A stretch of DNA of 22,632 nt from an uncultured bacterium (GTDB taxonomy: Bacteria; SAR324; NAC60-12), in assembly GCA_964010765.1 (NCBI GenBank), contig CAXGMD010000056.1:1-22632 (forward strand), written 5' to 3'. How positions within the stretch are numbered: the stretch's first letter is position 1; every line of letters starts with the position of its first letter. This document shows, piece after piece, positions 7,811 through 17,415 of the stretch. The translations under genes and the position numbers were made by a program. The notes beneath the pieces are model-generated. The model searched no databases and had not been told where the DNA came from. It worked only from the letters and a program-made list of their open reading frames with translations.

Positions 7811-8587
7811 ATGACCCAAACAGCACGATTGCTTGAAACGCTCAAACATTATCTAAAATTCCAAGGAATCACTTATCGCATTCTTGCGCAACGGCTCAAA
7901 TTAAGTGAATCCAGCGTGAAAAGGTTGTTTTCGGACCAATCATTGAGTCTGAAGCGCTTGGAAAAGATTTGCTCTGTACTGGGCCTCGATCTCTACGAAT
8001 TGGTCAAACTCAGTCGGGAGCAACAACCTCTTGTTGATTCATTTAACGATATGCAGTTAAAGACTCTGCTCAGTCAGCCGAGTTTAGTGGTTTTGCTCAT
8101 TTTATTCGTTAACGGTTGGACAACAGAAGAGCTTGTTGAAAAATTTGAGTTGGAAGAAGTTGAACTCAGAGTAAAACTTGGTCAATTGGAACAACTGAAG
8201 CTGATTGAATGGCTACCCCAAGACCGCATTCGGTTGTGTTTTGAACGAAGTGTTCTTTGGCAAAAGGATAGTCCGCTCTGGCAAATCTGGGGTCGAACAA
8301 ACATGAGAGAATTTCTCAATGATGAATTTGATCAAAACAACGAGCGCTGGCATTTTGCAGCAACTCAACTGTCACCAGATTCCAGAAAGCTGATCTTGAG
8401 CGAACTGGATCGGCTTATGCAGACGCTGCGAGAATTACAGGATGTTGATGCTTCTTTACCAGCAGATGAGCGGGAGCCTACGGGTTTTCTGCTTGCACAT
8501 CGAGCTTGGGTCCCATCTTTGTCGGATGGTTTGCAGTCACAAACCAAAGACTTGGCTTCTAAAAATAAAGTAAATCAAAAATCATAA
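7811..8587 (+). CDS. XRE/Cro-like helix-turn-helix transcriptional regulator with a probable second winged-helix domain
   Basis: N-terminal LKFQGITYRILAQRLKLSESSVKRLFS..SLKRLEKICSVL. A wHTH-like segment follows (TEELVEKFEL..LGQLEQLKLIEWLPQDRIRL). Confidence 0.88.
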   Translation: MTQTARLLETLKHYLKFQGITYRILAQRLKLSESSVKRLFSDQSLSLKRLEKICSVLGLDLYELVKLSREQQPLVDSFNDMQLKTLLSQPSLVVLLILFVNGWTTEELVEKFELEEVELRVKLGQLEQLKLIEWLPQDRIRLCFERSVLWQKDSPLWQIWGRTNMREFLNDEFDQNNERWHFAATQLSPDSRKLILSELDRLMQTLRELQDVDASLPADEREPTGFLLAHRAWVPSLSDGLQSQTKDLASKNKVNQKS

Positions 8588-8655
8588 AATCATATTAAGA
8601 TCAGTGTATTAAGGATATTTTTACTACCAACTAAGGTCAAAAAAAATTGCTCTCT

Positions 8656-8683
8656 TTGGACAGATGTTCTAGCCCTATACAAT
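8656..8683 (+). promoter_or_regulatory. Candidate sigma70-type promoter for the yeaH-spoVR-prkA operon
   Basis: TTGGAC (8656-8661) - 16 nt - TACAAT (8678-8683) in an AT-rich spacer. Confidence 0.35.
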
Positions 8684-8711
8684 AAAATATTAAGGCAATT
8701 GCTGATCAATT

Positions 8712-9806
8712 GTGCGCTCTAAGACTCCTCTTCGGTTCCCTATGTATGTGACAGACCAGATTAATTCCAACGAATCAGAAGGAGCCTTCAACGAATTCGT
8801 TGAAGAACAATTGGAAAACCTTGTTGACGCTATTCTCACAGAGGGGGATCTTGAGAACTTTGGTGAACGGGGGAGTGATATCCTTGTAGAAATGGATGAT
8901 ATCGTTGCCCCTACTTTTGTCTATGGTGACGAAGGGGAAGGAGGTGGAGGTAGTGGTGGAGGGGGGCCAGGTAGCGGTGGCGGGAAAATTCGATTCAATG
9001 TCCCATTTCAATACTTGATGGAAAGAGTCGCTAGATCCCTGAAGCTGCCGCGTCTGGTTAAGCAAGGGCATGGAAAAATCAAGGAGGTCTCTTACGAATT
9101 CAAAACCTTTGCTCCCTCAGGGATTGTTCTCGATAAGAAGCGGACATTCAAACGTGCTCTGCGAACGAGCATTGGCATGGATGTTTACGCTCCCCACGAA
9201 GAACGCTATGAATTTCAATTCATGCGTCGAGATCGTCGTTTCAAAGTGCCGGAGCGAGTTGAGAAACCTCGATTCAAGGCAGTAGTTTTTTACATGGGGG
9301 ATATTTCCTACTCAACATATGGGGAACGTCTTAACCTCGAAAAACGCTTGGTCAATTTCATCCAAAACTGGATTGACTACAACTACGGTGCAAAGAGCGT
9401 TGACCATCGATTCTTCGTCCACGATGCAGAAGCCTACGAGGTCCAGGCTGAACAATTTTACCAAGTCGGAAATTCTGGGGGTACGCATGCAGCTCCGGTT
9501 TATCAACTGATTCACCGGATCGCCACGAACGAATACGACCCAGCATCAACAAACTTTTACGGCTTCTATTTTGGTGACGGCGAATTATTTGACGATGATG
9601 CCAAGGAAATAGTCAAAATTCTGGAAGAGCATCTACGCCCAATCTTTAATCGAATCGGTGTCATCGAAGTCCAACCGGGGCGCTTGAGTCTGCTGAATCG
9701 GCAGATTGCAACACAATTTTATCGTGACTCCATCATTCGTCTTGGAGAACTGAACGATAAACTTGAAACCATTGAAGTCATCAAAACGCTTTTTGCTGAA
9801 CACTGA
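8712..9806 (+). CDS. yeaH: YeaH/YhbH (DUF444) family protein with vWA-like MIDAS motif
   Basis: Gly-rich linker (GEGGGGSGGGGPGSGGG), LKLPRL, DKKRTFKRALR, DISYS (DxSxS), SGGT and GDGE. Directly upstream of spoVR. The start is uncertain (GTG 8712 or ATG 8742). Confidence 0.88.
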   Translation: MRSKTPLRFPMYVTDQINSNESEGAFNEFVEEQLENLVDAILTEGDLENFGERGSDILVEMDDIVAPTFVYGDEGEGGGGSGGGGPGSGGGKIRFNVPFQYLMERVARSLKLPRLVKQGHGKIKEVSYEFKTFAPSGIVLDKKRTFKRALRTSIGMDVYAPHEERYEFQFMRRDRRFKVPERVEKPRFKAVVFYMGDISYSTYGERLNLEKRLVNFIQNWIDYNYGAKSVDHRFFVHDAEAYEVQAEQFYQVGNSGGTHAAPVYQLIHRIATNEYDPASTNFYGFYFGDGELFDDDAKEIVKILEEHLRPIFNRIGVIEVQPGRLSLLNRQIATQFYRDSIIRLGELNDKLETIEVIKTLFAEH

Positions 9807-9822
9807 GAACTAGGGAAGTTCA

Positions 9823-11442
9823 ATGCATGCAGTCCAGACAGATCCAGAAATTTATGAATTGGAACAGCGTGTTGTTCACCATGCTAAAGCATTTGAACGA
9901 ACGCTGCCTGAGATGCGATTCTTTATTCTGGATAGCTTGGAGTTCATGTCTCTCCTTGAAAAATATGTCTATCCCGTGAGCCCTCTAAACATATGGGAAG
10001 GCAAACGGATGGTAACTCGTAAGCACCGAGTTGAGACTGGACAGGAGGCAAGTATCTACTATGAGGTAGTCCAAACTGGAAATCCCTCTTACGCCTATTT
10101 GAACAGCACAAATTCACCGATGATGCAGGCTTCGGTCATGGCCCATGTGGTGGGGCACTGTGAATTTTCGGAGCTCAATGTCCTGAAGGACTCGAATCCG
10201 GATCGCACCGAATGGGTGATCTATCTTTCCCGCAAGGTAGATCGGGCACGTCAGCAAATGGGAGAAATCAACTACTCCCAGTTCTGGAACGCTTGCGAAT
10301 CATTTGTTCCCTTGATTGCTCCTCATTCACAGTTCAACTTGGCTAGGACCGTAGAAACAGAAACGGCCCGCCAGCAGGAGACAGATACTTATGTATCCGA
10401 AGACAAACCGGTTCCTCGCTTAACGCCCTCTTTCGGTACTCTTGATAGCCTGATGCGAAATGTCAGCCCAGAGATGACTTGGCAAATGGAGATGCAGGCC
10501 AAACAACGTCAGGAAACCATTAGCCGCACAGGATTCAAGCTAAAGGCTCCCTGCCAGGATATCATGGGTTTTCTATGTCGCCATGCTCCGGCAAGCCAGA
10601 GTGAAAGAGCTGTTTTAGATTACATTTACTCAGTCCACTCGACTCATGATTTCGTAATCAGAACCCAGATTATGAACGAAGGCTGGGCGATGTACTGGGA
10701 AAAGAAAATCATGACTGAGCTCTTCAAAGAACAATCAGTCAAAGGGATTATTGACTACGCTCGAGTCTTCTCGGGAGTCTGTTATCCGCGGCCATATTAT
10801 ATGCGGAATCCATATCATCTGGGTTTCTACCTTTGGACTCACATTGAGGAGCTTTATCGAGACGGGAAAGTAAGTTTGGATTTTCATGAGGAAACAAACC
10901 AAGACGTCAAAGATCATTGGAAACGACCAACAACCAAGACACCGATGCAGCAGATGGAGCATCTTGTCAAAACGGTGACAGACTATGAGTTCCTACGACG
11001 ATTTTTGACTCCGGAGCTGGTGCACGAATTTCACTTGAATCGATTCAGTAAACGTCAAGCACAACAACTTAGGATTCCACCGGATAGCATTGTTCAGGAG
11101 GATCGCTACAATGTCTGGATTGATCCAGAGCCGATCAAGAACGAAATGCTAAATTTCTTCACTCACTTCCATCGTCCGAGGATCTATCTGATCGATACGG
11201 ACTTTCAGGATGGAGGATTGTTGCTTTATCACCGAGACGACGGTCGTCGCCTCCGAAAAGATTGGATAAAACCCACACTAAAGAATCTGAACTTGATTTG
11301 GAAAGCCCCTGTTTATCTGATCTCTCGCAATTGGCTTTATTCTTTTTCAGCAAATCTATTCAAAGAAACCGTGGTTACGGCAGTTCGCTTTGAAAGCATT
11401 CTGGAACGAATGCGAAACTCGGAAAAACCATTCCGTATTTAG
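9823..11442 (+). CDS. spoVR: SpoVR/YcgB family protein
   Basis: YYEVVQTGNPSYAYL, VMAHVVGHCEF, TQIMNEGWAMYW, NPYHLGF and DYEFLRRFLTPEL motifs. Confidence 0.93.
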   Translation: MHAVQTDPEIYELEQRVVHHAKAFERTLPEMRFFILDSLEFMSLLEKYVYPVSPLNIWEGKRMVTRKHRVETGQEASIYYEVVQTGNPSYAYLNSTNSPMMQASVMAHVVGHCEFSELNVLKDSNPDRTEWVIYLSRKVDRARQQMGEINYSQFWNACESFVPLIAPHSQFNLARTVETETARQQETDTYVSEDKPVPRLTPSFGTLDSLMRNVSPEMTWQMEMQAKQRQETISRTGFKLKAPCQDIMGFLCRHAPASQSERAVLDYIYSVHSTHDFVIRTQIMNEGWAMYWEKKIMTELFKEQSVKGIIDYARVFSGVCYPRPYYMRNPYHLGFYLWTHIEELYRDGKVSLDFHEETNQDVKDHWKRPTTKTPMQQMEHLVKTVTDYEFLRRFLTPELVHEFHLNRFSKRQAQQLRIPPDSIVQEDRYNVWIDPEPIKNEMLNFFTHFHRPRIYLIDTDFQDGGLLLYHRDDGRRLRKDWIKPTLKNLNLIWKAPVYLISRNWLYSFSANLFKETVVTAVRFESILERMRNSEKPFRI

Positions 11443-11456
11443 CATATGGAGTTAGC

Positions 11457-13961
11457 ATGGCCGAATTACCGTTGAAGTTACGCGACTTGTTGGGATATCG
11501 GCGAAAGAACACAATTCATTTCTCCGATTTTGTAAATAATTTTCTCAAAGAACCTGAAACCCACCTACAGACATCTTCCTCAATTATCTCTGCTGCGATC
11601 AAGTATTTTGGACACGAAATTGTGATTCGGAGCGGTGAACCAGTCATCAGTTACAACGTGTTCAGGGATCCTTTTAGCAATGGTATCAATGCGGTATTTG
11701 GTCAGGAATACTGCATCAAGCAAGTGCTGGATATCATTGAATCAGCAGACAAAGAGGTTGGGCCAAATCGGGGAATTATTCTGGTGGGTCCCCCCGCATC
11801 TGGCAAAACAAATGTTGTAGACCTTATTATTCGTGCTTTGGAGGAATATACAAAGCAGGTTTCTGTAAGGCTCTATACTTTCTTTTTCAGTTTTGAAAAC
11901 GAAGATGGAAGTCGCTGCGTGGAAGTACACTCCTCTTTCCATCATAATCCTTTACTGCTCTTTCCAACCTTGATGCAGAAGGCTGATGGGAGTTTGAGCC
12001 GTCCTCGGCAAGAACTTTTTGATCATATCAACCAGCAAAAAGGAGAGCGAACACTACTGATTCCTTGTTTCTACCAAAATGCCAATCTTGATAAAAAAAC
12101 TCTTGATATCCTTGAAGAACTCCTTAGTAATCCGAAAAATAAAGGAATGAGCCTTTTTGAGGTCCTAGAAAAGTATGTTCGAGTTGAAGAGATCGAGTTT
12201 TCTGGGGCCCAAGCTCATGGGATTTCCAATATTGATGACATGCAGCACCTGCGAGTCCGTGTCAGTCCTCAGGATCTGAGTGCAGAAGATATGGGGATTG
12301 TGAATGAGCACTTACCAGGCAAGTCCTTAAGGTATTATGAGGGGTCAATCATTGGATCCAATCGAGGAATTCTCCATATTCATGACGCTTTTGGTGTGAG
12401 TGGAGAGCGGATTCGTGAGAGTGATTATAAGCCGTTATTGATGTTGCTTGGAAGCGGTAGGGTATCGGTTGAATCGACACAAACAGCAGTAGATAGTACG
12501 GTGATCCTGACAACGAATATTGAGGAAATGGAACTACTGGACCACCAACTGACCTCCTCGAAGTTGCTTGACCGGATAGAGAAGGTCCCCGTCAATTATC
12601 TTTTGGATGCGAGTAGTGAAACCGACATTCTGCGAAGAGATCTGGCAAATATGCGTGAGAAGTACGATGTTGATCCAAACCTTCTGAGGATCGCCTCATA
12701 CTACTCCGTGATGACAAGGCTCCTGCCACCAATGCGGAAGAAATTTCCTTCGAGTTGGAGTCAACACAAAATTGAACTCTATCTAAACATCACACCTGAG
12801 CAAAAGCTTTTCATCTACTCGGCGTACGCTGAAGACCCCGTCAATACCATCAAAAAGCTTCCGCATTGGCACCCCTTCCGAAACGAGGCCATGCGACTTG
12901 GTTTGAATCTGAACGATGAGCATAGTTTTAGGGATCAGATTTCTCATCATCCTGAATCGGTTAACCTTCGCGATTCGGGGCTTTTCAGTGAGGAAGATTT
13001 AAGATTGATTGATGATGAATTTATGCGGGATTTGTGGAAGGAACACTATCCCAACGAGGGACGAAACGGGATTTCGATCCGACAGTTGCAGAATGTGATG
13101 CGAAACACGATGGCTAGTTCAGACGGACTGAAAGTACACGTAGGAATCTTCTTAAGCCAACTCAACCGCATTATTGCAGAAGGTCCAGATTTACATCATT
13201 GGTTAGAGATTGATACCCGTTACACCCGCAAGCGGAAGCCTATATTAGACAGAAGTGTCGGTCGCTATGACTTGCACGAAGGAGAAGGAGATTACGGAGA
13301 TTTCCAGGGATTGGTAGGCGTGGTGAGAGCGATTTACTTTCACATCATTCGCAAGGAAATCACAGTCTGTACTGTGGACCGTGATCCACGGCAAATTGAA
13401 GCTGATCTGAGAAGGTACCTTCAATACGCACTATTGGCTCGTGCACAGAGGAACAGAGCTTTTGCTCACGTGATGGTACCTCGCTTTACTTTCATTGATC
13501 CAAACAGCGGCATGAAAGTAGACGAGCCCGATTACAACTACATGAAGAGTATGGAAAGAGTGATGGAGCCGGAAATGGACGAAGAATTGTTCCGGCAAAT
13601 GATTGCGCAAAAATTCTTGGATCTTCAATCTAGTGGAGAGTTAGTGCTGGAAGGGAATAGAACAATCATTAACTCAAGAGATGACAATCTGTTGAATTGC
13701 TTCGCACAGGAATACTCCAGGGCACTCTCACACCGCAAAATCGAGGAAGAAATCAACCCAGAGGTGCTACACAATGCTTTCTTCCATAAGTTGAATGACC
13801 TAAATCACTACAAGAGCATTGATCTGGGAGTTCAGAAGCTGGTCGAGACAATCATCACCAACATGCATCAACGATTTGGCTACTCACGAAGCATTGCGTT
13901 GACCACAATCGTTTACGCCTTGAGAAAAGATATTGTCAATTTTAAGGAAATCCTGAGTTGA
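11457..13961 (+). CDS. prkA: PrkA/YeaG-family AAA+ protein (usually annotated serine protein kinase); long, atypical variant
   Basis: Motifs VFGQE, Walker A GPPASGKT (11787-11810), HHNPLLLFP, SNRGILHIHDA, LLDRIEKVPVNYLL, EGRNGISIR and a C-terminal FGYS helix. Operonic with yeaH and spoVR; GGAG RBS upstream. Confidence 0.88.
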   Translation: MAELPLKLRDLLGYRRKNTIHFSDFVNNFLKEPETHLQTSSSIISAAIKYFGHEIVIRSGEPVISYNVFRDPFSNGINAVFGQEYCIKQVLDIIESADKEVGPNRGIILVGPPASGKTNVVDLIIRALEEYTKQVSVRLYTFFFSFENEDGSRCVEVHSSFHHNPLLLFPTLMQKADGSLSRPRQELFDHINQQKGERTLLIPCFYQNANLDKKTLDILEELLSNPKNKGMSLFEVLEKYVRVEEIEFSGAQAHGISNIDDMQHLRVRVSPQDLSAEDMGIVNEHLPGKSLRYYEGSIIGSNRGILHIHDAFGVSGERIRESDYKPLLMLLGSGRVSVESTQTAVDSTVILTTNIEEMELLDHQLTSSKLLDRIEKVPVNYLLDASSETDILRRDLANMREKYDVDPNLLRIASYYSVMTRLLPPMRKKFPSSWSQHKIELYLNITPEQKLFIYSAYAEDPVNTIKKLPHWHPFRNEAMRLGLNLNDEHSFRDQISHHPESVNLRDSGLFSEEDLRLIDDEFMRDLWKEHYPNEGRNGISIRQLQNVMRNTMASSDGLKVHVGIFLSQLNRIIAEGPDLHHWLEIDTRYTRKRKPILDRSVGRYDLHEGEGDYGDFQGLVGVVRAIYFHIIRKEITVCTVDRDPRQIEADLRRYLQYALLARAQRNRAFAHVMVPRFTFIDPNSGMKVDEPDYNYMKSMERVMEPEMDEELFRQMIAQKFLDLQSSGELVLEGNRTIINSRDDNLLNCFAQEYSRALSHRKIEEEINPEVLHNAFFHKLNDLNHYKSIDLGVQKLVETIITNMHQRFGYSRSIALTTIVYALRKDIVNFKEILS

Positions 13962-13968
13962 CGCAATT

Positions 13969-14307
13969 TTAGAAGAGTCGGCTTCCGTTGGGAACGACTC
14001 TTTCGGGTCTAGTCAACACTACAGCTCCCTGTTCGTCTGGAAAACCTGTGACCAAGCACTCTGAAATAAACGGCCCGATCTGCTTTGGTGGAAAATTTAC
14101 GACCGCAACGACTTGCCTGCCGAGTAAGTCTTTCACCTGGTAATGTTGTGTGATTTGAGCACTTGATCTCTTCACTCCAAACTCTTCTCCAAAATCAATC
14201 CACAGTTTCCAAGCTGGTTTGCGAGCCTCTGGAAAAGTCTGCACATCAATGATGGTACCCACCCTAAGGTCCACCTTCATAAAATCTGTCCACGATAGAT
14301 TGCTCAT
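13969..14307 (-). CDS. csaA: CsaA / Trbp111 tRNA-binding OB-fold export chaperone
   Basis: [30 protein letters not shown] and [20 protein letters not shown]. Confidence 0.95.
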   Translation of the reverse strand: MSNLSWTDFMKVDLRVGTIIDVQTFPEARKPAWKLWIDFGEEFGVKRSSAQITQHYQVKDLLGRQVVAVVNFPPKQIGPFISECLVTGFPDEQGAVVLTRPERVVPNGSRLF

Positions 14308-15002
14308 GTCTTCACCATTTTATTGCCAAAAAGAGTTTGCCATTCTTCGGGTTTCATCTTTTTGGCATCCACTCTTCGGTATTGTTGCCCGATCTCATAG
14401 GCTTTTTTGACAGCAGGTCGGCTACCAATCAGGTTTAGGTAGTCAGCTACGTATGGAAACATTGATAAATCCTGCTTCTGCCTCTCCCAACCAGTTGCCC
14501 AAGGATAGATCGCCATATCTGCTATGGAATAGGAGCCACCCACAAAGTCACGATCTCTCAAACGATTATTCAGGACACCGTAGAGACGGCTAGTTTCTTG
14601 GGTGTATCGTTCCTGAGCATAGGGCACCTGCTCTGGAGCATAGATATTAAAATGATGATTCTGTCCCAACATGGGACCGAAGTGCGCGACCTGCCAAGTT
14701 AGCCACTGCTCCACCTCCCAGGCTTCTCGAATTCCTGGAGGATAAAATCTTTCCGTCTTTTGAGCGAGGTAGCGCAAGATTGAACCCGATTCAAACAAGG
14801 ATAGAGGTCCCTCTCCATCTTCAGGTTCGGTATCCACAATTGCAGGCATCTTGTTATTTGGCGAAATCTTTAGGAACTCGCTATTGAATTGATCGCCTTT
14901 GAGAATATCAACTGGATAAATTCGGTAATCGAGCTTGGTTTCCTCGAGAAAGATGGTGATTTTATGCCCATTGGGCGTGGGAAAATAATAGAGTTCGATC
15001 AT
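14304..15002 (-). CDS. yfcG: Glutathione S-transferase, Nu-class YfcG-like disulfide oxidoreductase
   Basis: [51 protein letters not shown] and [11 protein letters not shown]. Its stop overlaps the csaA start. Confidence 0.9.
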   Translation of the reverse strand: MIELYYFPTPNGHKITIFLEETKLDYRIYPVDILKGDQFNSEFLKISPNNKMPAIVDTEPEDGEGPLSLFESGSILRYLAQKTERFYPPGIREAWEVEQWLTWQVAHFGPMLGQNHHFNIYAPEQVPYAQERYTQETSRLYGVLNNRLRDRDFVGGSYSIADMAIYPWATGWERQKQDLSMFPYVADYLNLIGSRPAVKKAYEIGQQYRRVDAKKMKPEEWQTLFGNKMVKT

Positions 15003-15040
15003 CTGTACTTATCCGATCACAAGAGAAGGTTTGTAAGTAA

Positions 15041-15922
15041 TTATTGAAAGGGCTGCTTCCACTCCCACCAAGCCTTGGTCAATAGTCCACTCAATACGAG
15101 CCCTCCACCAAGAACTCCTAACTTACCGGGTAATTCTTGTAAGAAGAGCCAGGCCAGAAGAATACCGACAACACTTTCCAGAAGCATGATCATGCTTGTT
15201 TCTGGTGCACTGATATAGCGTGGGCCCGATTGAATTCCAATGTAAGCCATCGGTAGACAAACTCCCCCCAATAACAACAACCAGCGTAAATTTTCCCAAG
15301 GTGGCAATGTAGCACCACCGAGTAAGCCAGATCCAATACTAAGTAGGAAACAGGCGGGCACAAGAACTGGTGTTACATCCAAGGGAGCCCGAGAACGTGC
15401 GCCCAAAAAATTAATGGCTGTTGCCAGCGCGGCACCAAGCGCCATAAAGAGTCCAAACGCGCTTGATCCTGATTCACCCATGGCGGCGCTATCCATGACT
15501 ATCAAGGTCGATCCAACGATGCTGATCCCGATCAAAATCCAGGTCGAGTGGTTGATTTTTTCACCCAGCACCAGCCAACTCAGTAACCCCGCGATTACTG
15601 GAGTGGTATTTAGCAACAACAGGACGTGAGCTACTTGAGCATGTTGAATTGCCAGAACAAAACAAGTGGAGCTACAAATCAAACCAAGCATTACGACCCA
15701 TCCTGGTCGGCCAACCTGTCGAACCTGCTTCCACCAGTTCATTTGGTAACGCAAACCTGTGAATAGCGCGAGTCCGATACCTTGAAATAAACTGCGCCAA
15801 AACAACTGGATTTCCAAAGGTTGATCGGCCAACCGAATCAATAGGGAGTCGGGTGAGATGAACAGAACCCCCATTGTGACCAGTAGGAATCCCCGAATGC
15901 GATGAGGAGATTGATCAGACAA
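15041..15922 (-). CDS. DMT/EamA family transporter
   Basis: About 10 TM helices in two EamA repeats, with ISPDSLLIRL, VLGEK and GPRYISAPE..LLESV motifs. TTG start. Confidence 0.9.
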   Translation of the reverse strand: MSDQSPHRIRGFLLVTMGVLFISPDSLLIRLADQPLEIQLFWRSLFQGIGLALFTGLRYQMNWWKQVRQVGRPGWVVMLGLICSSTCFVLAIQHAQVAHVLLLLNTTPVIAGLLSWLVLGEKINHSTWILIGISIVGSTLIVMDSAAMGESGSSAFGLFMALGAALATAINFLGARSRAPLDVTPVLVPACFLLSIGSGLLGGATLPPWENLRWLLLLGGVCLPMAYIGIQSGPRYISAPETSMIMLLESVVGILLAWLFLQELPGKLGVLGGGLVLSGLLTKAWWEWKQPFQ

Positions 15923-15991
15923 TGAGTTGACCGCTTTCTTGTCGTAGAGAATGATTCTGAAGGGTAGAAAAGAGTGACCAGCGGTTATCTT

Positions 15992-17164
15992 TCAAAGGTA
16001 GACCAGAACAAGGACACCCGTATAAGAATAGAGTTGAAGCCCCAAGGGTACCTGGGCTAATTCAAAAGCTCCAAAGTAACCAATGATTGGGAAGGAACCC
16101 AGACGTTGATTTATCTGCTTGAGGTCGACATCATCCTCACCATAGAGCGGACGTCCACGTGCAGCACAGTTGAAATAGATTCCAAAATCAGGTGTCTCTG
16201 GCAAAGTATCCCAGATTCGATCTAACATGATTTCTAAATCTTCTTCTGCGGCTAATCGATTACGCAAGGCAAAGGAAACAACATTCCCTTCCTTGACCAG
16301 TTCTGGGACTTCCAAGCCTTGGCTGACAACATCGATTCCACTGAGATGCCTTATGATCGTAGACTCTCCTACAAACTGGGGCTCTTGAGGATTTAATGGA
16401 AAGCTGAGCATCAACTGTTGCGCAGCGCTTTCGATATCATTGAATCCAAGTTCAACAGCTGCCTGTACGTATGACTCTAGCGCTGAGTGTCCATCTAATT
16501 CGATAATCTGGTTGTTTTCTACTTTTGTGATGAACATGGGTTCCCCAATCACCAGGGCGGATTGAGTCACTCCTACTTGGTAACGGAATTCTCCAATCAG
16601 CGTCATTCCAGAGATGCCATGCTCGACGATTTCCTCCTGTCCCAGTTGGACAGAGCGATTCCAGGCACCATCATCACAGGAACCGGCACCAAAAACTTGC
16701 GGCTGATTGCTTGTATAGCGCAGGGTATTGATGAAATTATGTGGAGTTTGCTGGTAGGCATCAGGGAAGAAGAGGAAAAGTGGCTCTTCATACTTCAGCC
16801 CTTCAAGAAATTCACGAAGTTGGTGAGCCACACTTGGAGAATGCTCTCGACGCTGGCAGGTTGTTAGGGCATCGGTTCTGATTTCTGGGGTCTGGGCCAA
16901 TAAGATGACAAGGCCTGGTTCCCCAAAAATTTCTCCATTTTCAGAAAGTACACCACCTGCACTGCAACCGGCCCATTGGGTTCCGGGTGTATTCTGAACA
17001 AGGATTTGTCGAATCTTCTCAGCATGATCCAGATGCTCTGCTGAAAAGAAGACTAGTCCCCAATCCACAAATCCCTGAACTTTCATGCGGGCTTGTTGGA
17101 TAGCTTCTTCGACTGCGTGAACGGAGTTAGATTTTCTGGAACTTCCTGTCCCGATAGTGCTCAT
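15992..17164 (-). CDS. Stand-alone FIST N + FIST C domain protein (NosP-like sensor fold)
   Basis: GLVFFSAEH, GCSAGGVL, IIELDG, FNCAARG and GYFGAFEL...YSYT motifs. GGAG RBS 9 nt upstream of the ATG. Confidence 0.88.
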   Translation of the reverse strand: MSTIGTGSSRKSNSVHAVEEAIQQARMKVQGFVDWGLVFFSAEHLDHAEKIRQILVQNTPGTQWAGCSAGGVLSENGEIFGEPGLVILLAQTPEIRTDALTTCQRREHSPSVAHQLREFLEGLKYEEPLFLFFPDAYQQTPHNFINTLRYTSNQPQVFGAGSCDDGAWNRSVQLGQEEIVEHGISGMTLIGEFRYQVGVTQSALVIGEPMFITKVENNQIIELDGHSALESYVQAAVELGFNDIESAAQQLMLSFPLNPQEPQFVGESTIIRHLSGIDVVSQGLEVPELVKEGNVVSFALRNRLAAEEDLEIMLDRIWDTLPETPDFGIYFNCAARGRPLYGEDDVDLKQINQRLGSFPIIGYFGAFELAQVPLGLQLYSYTGVLVLVYL

Positions 17165-17335
17165 GAACTAAAATCTCCAGTGACTTCGCCGTTCAGCAAT
17201 GATGGGTTTCGAGTCGGGGTTTGTTTTTAACGGAATTCTCAGTCTCGATGCTGAGGAATTTTGTCTGCAGAAAACCATTAAGCTGTTTCTTTTGAATCTA
17301 GCAGATCAAAGCTAACAAAAAGTGTTTTCAAAGGC

Positions 17336-17348
17336 CATGAATTTCATG
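17336..17348. promoter_or_regulatory. Perfect inverted repeat CATGAA-T-TTCATG; candidate transcription-factor site in the FIST/msrB divergent spacer
   Basis: Exact 6-bp dyad with a 1-nt spacer, 68 nt upstream of the msrB start. Confidence 0.35.
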
Positions 17349-17415
17349 ATCTAACCGATCTCTTCTCCAAAAGAGTGGAGATCAATTTACCAGTCTCATT
17401 TTCAAAAGATAAATT

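Noticed and set aside
8925..8985. G-rich GGN repeat tract (possible G-quadruplex or VNTR)
   Set aside because: Explained by the Gly-rich linker typical of YeaH/DUF444 proteins.
17175..17265. Fragments resembling TPP (CTGAGA..AAACCC, minus strand) or fluoride (GCAATGATG..GCTGA) riboswitches
   Set aside because: Core conserved segments and pairings are missing, and the neighbouring genes do not fit.
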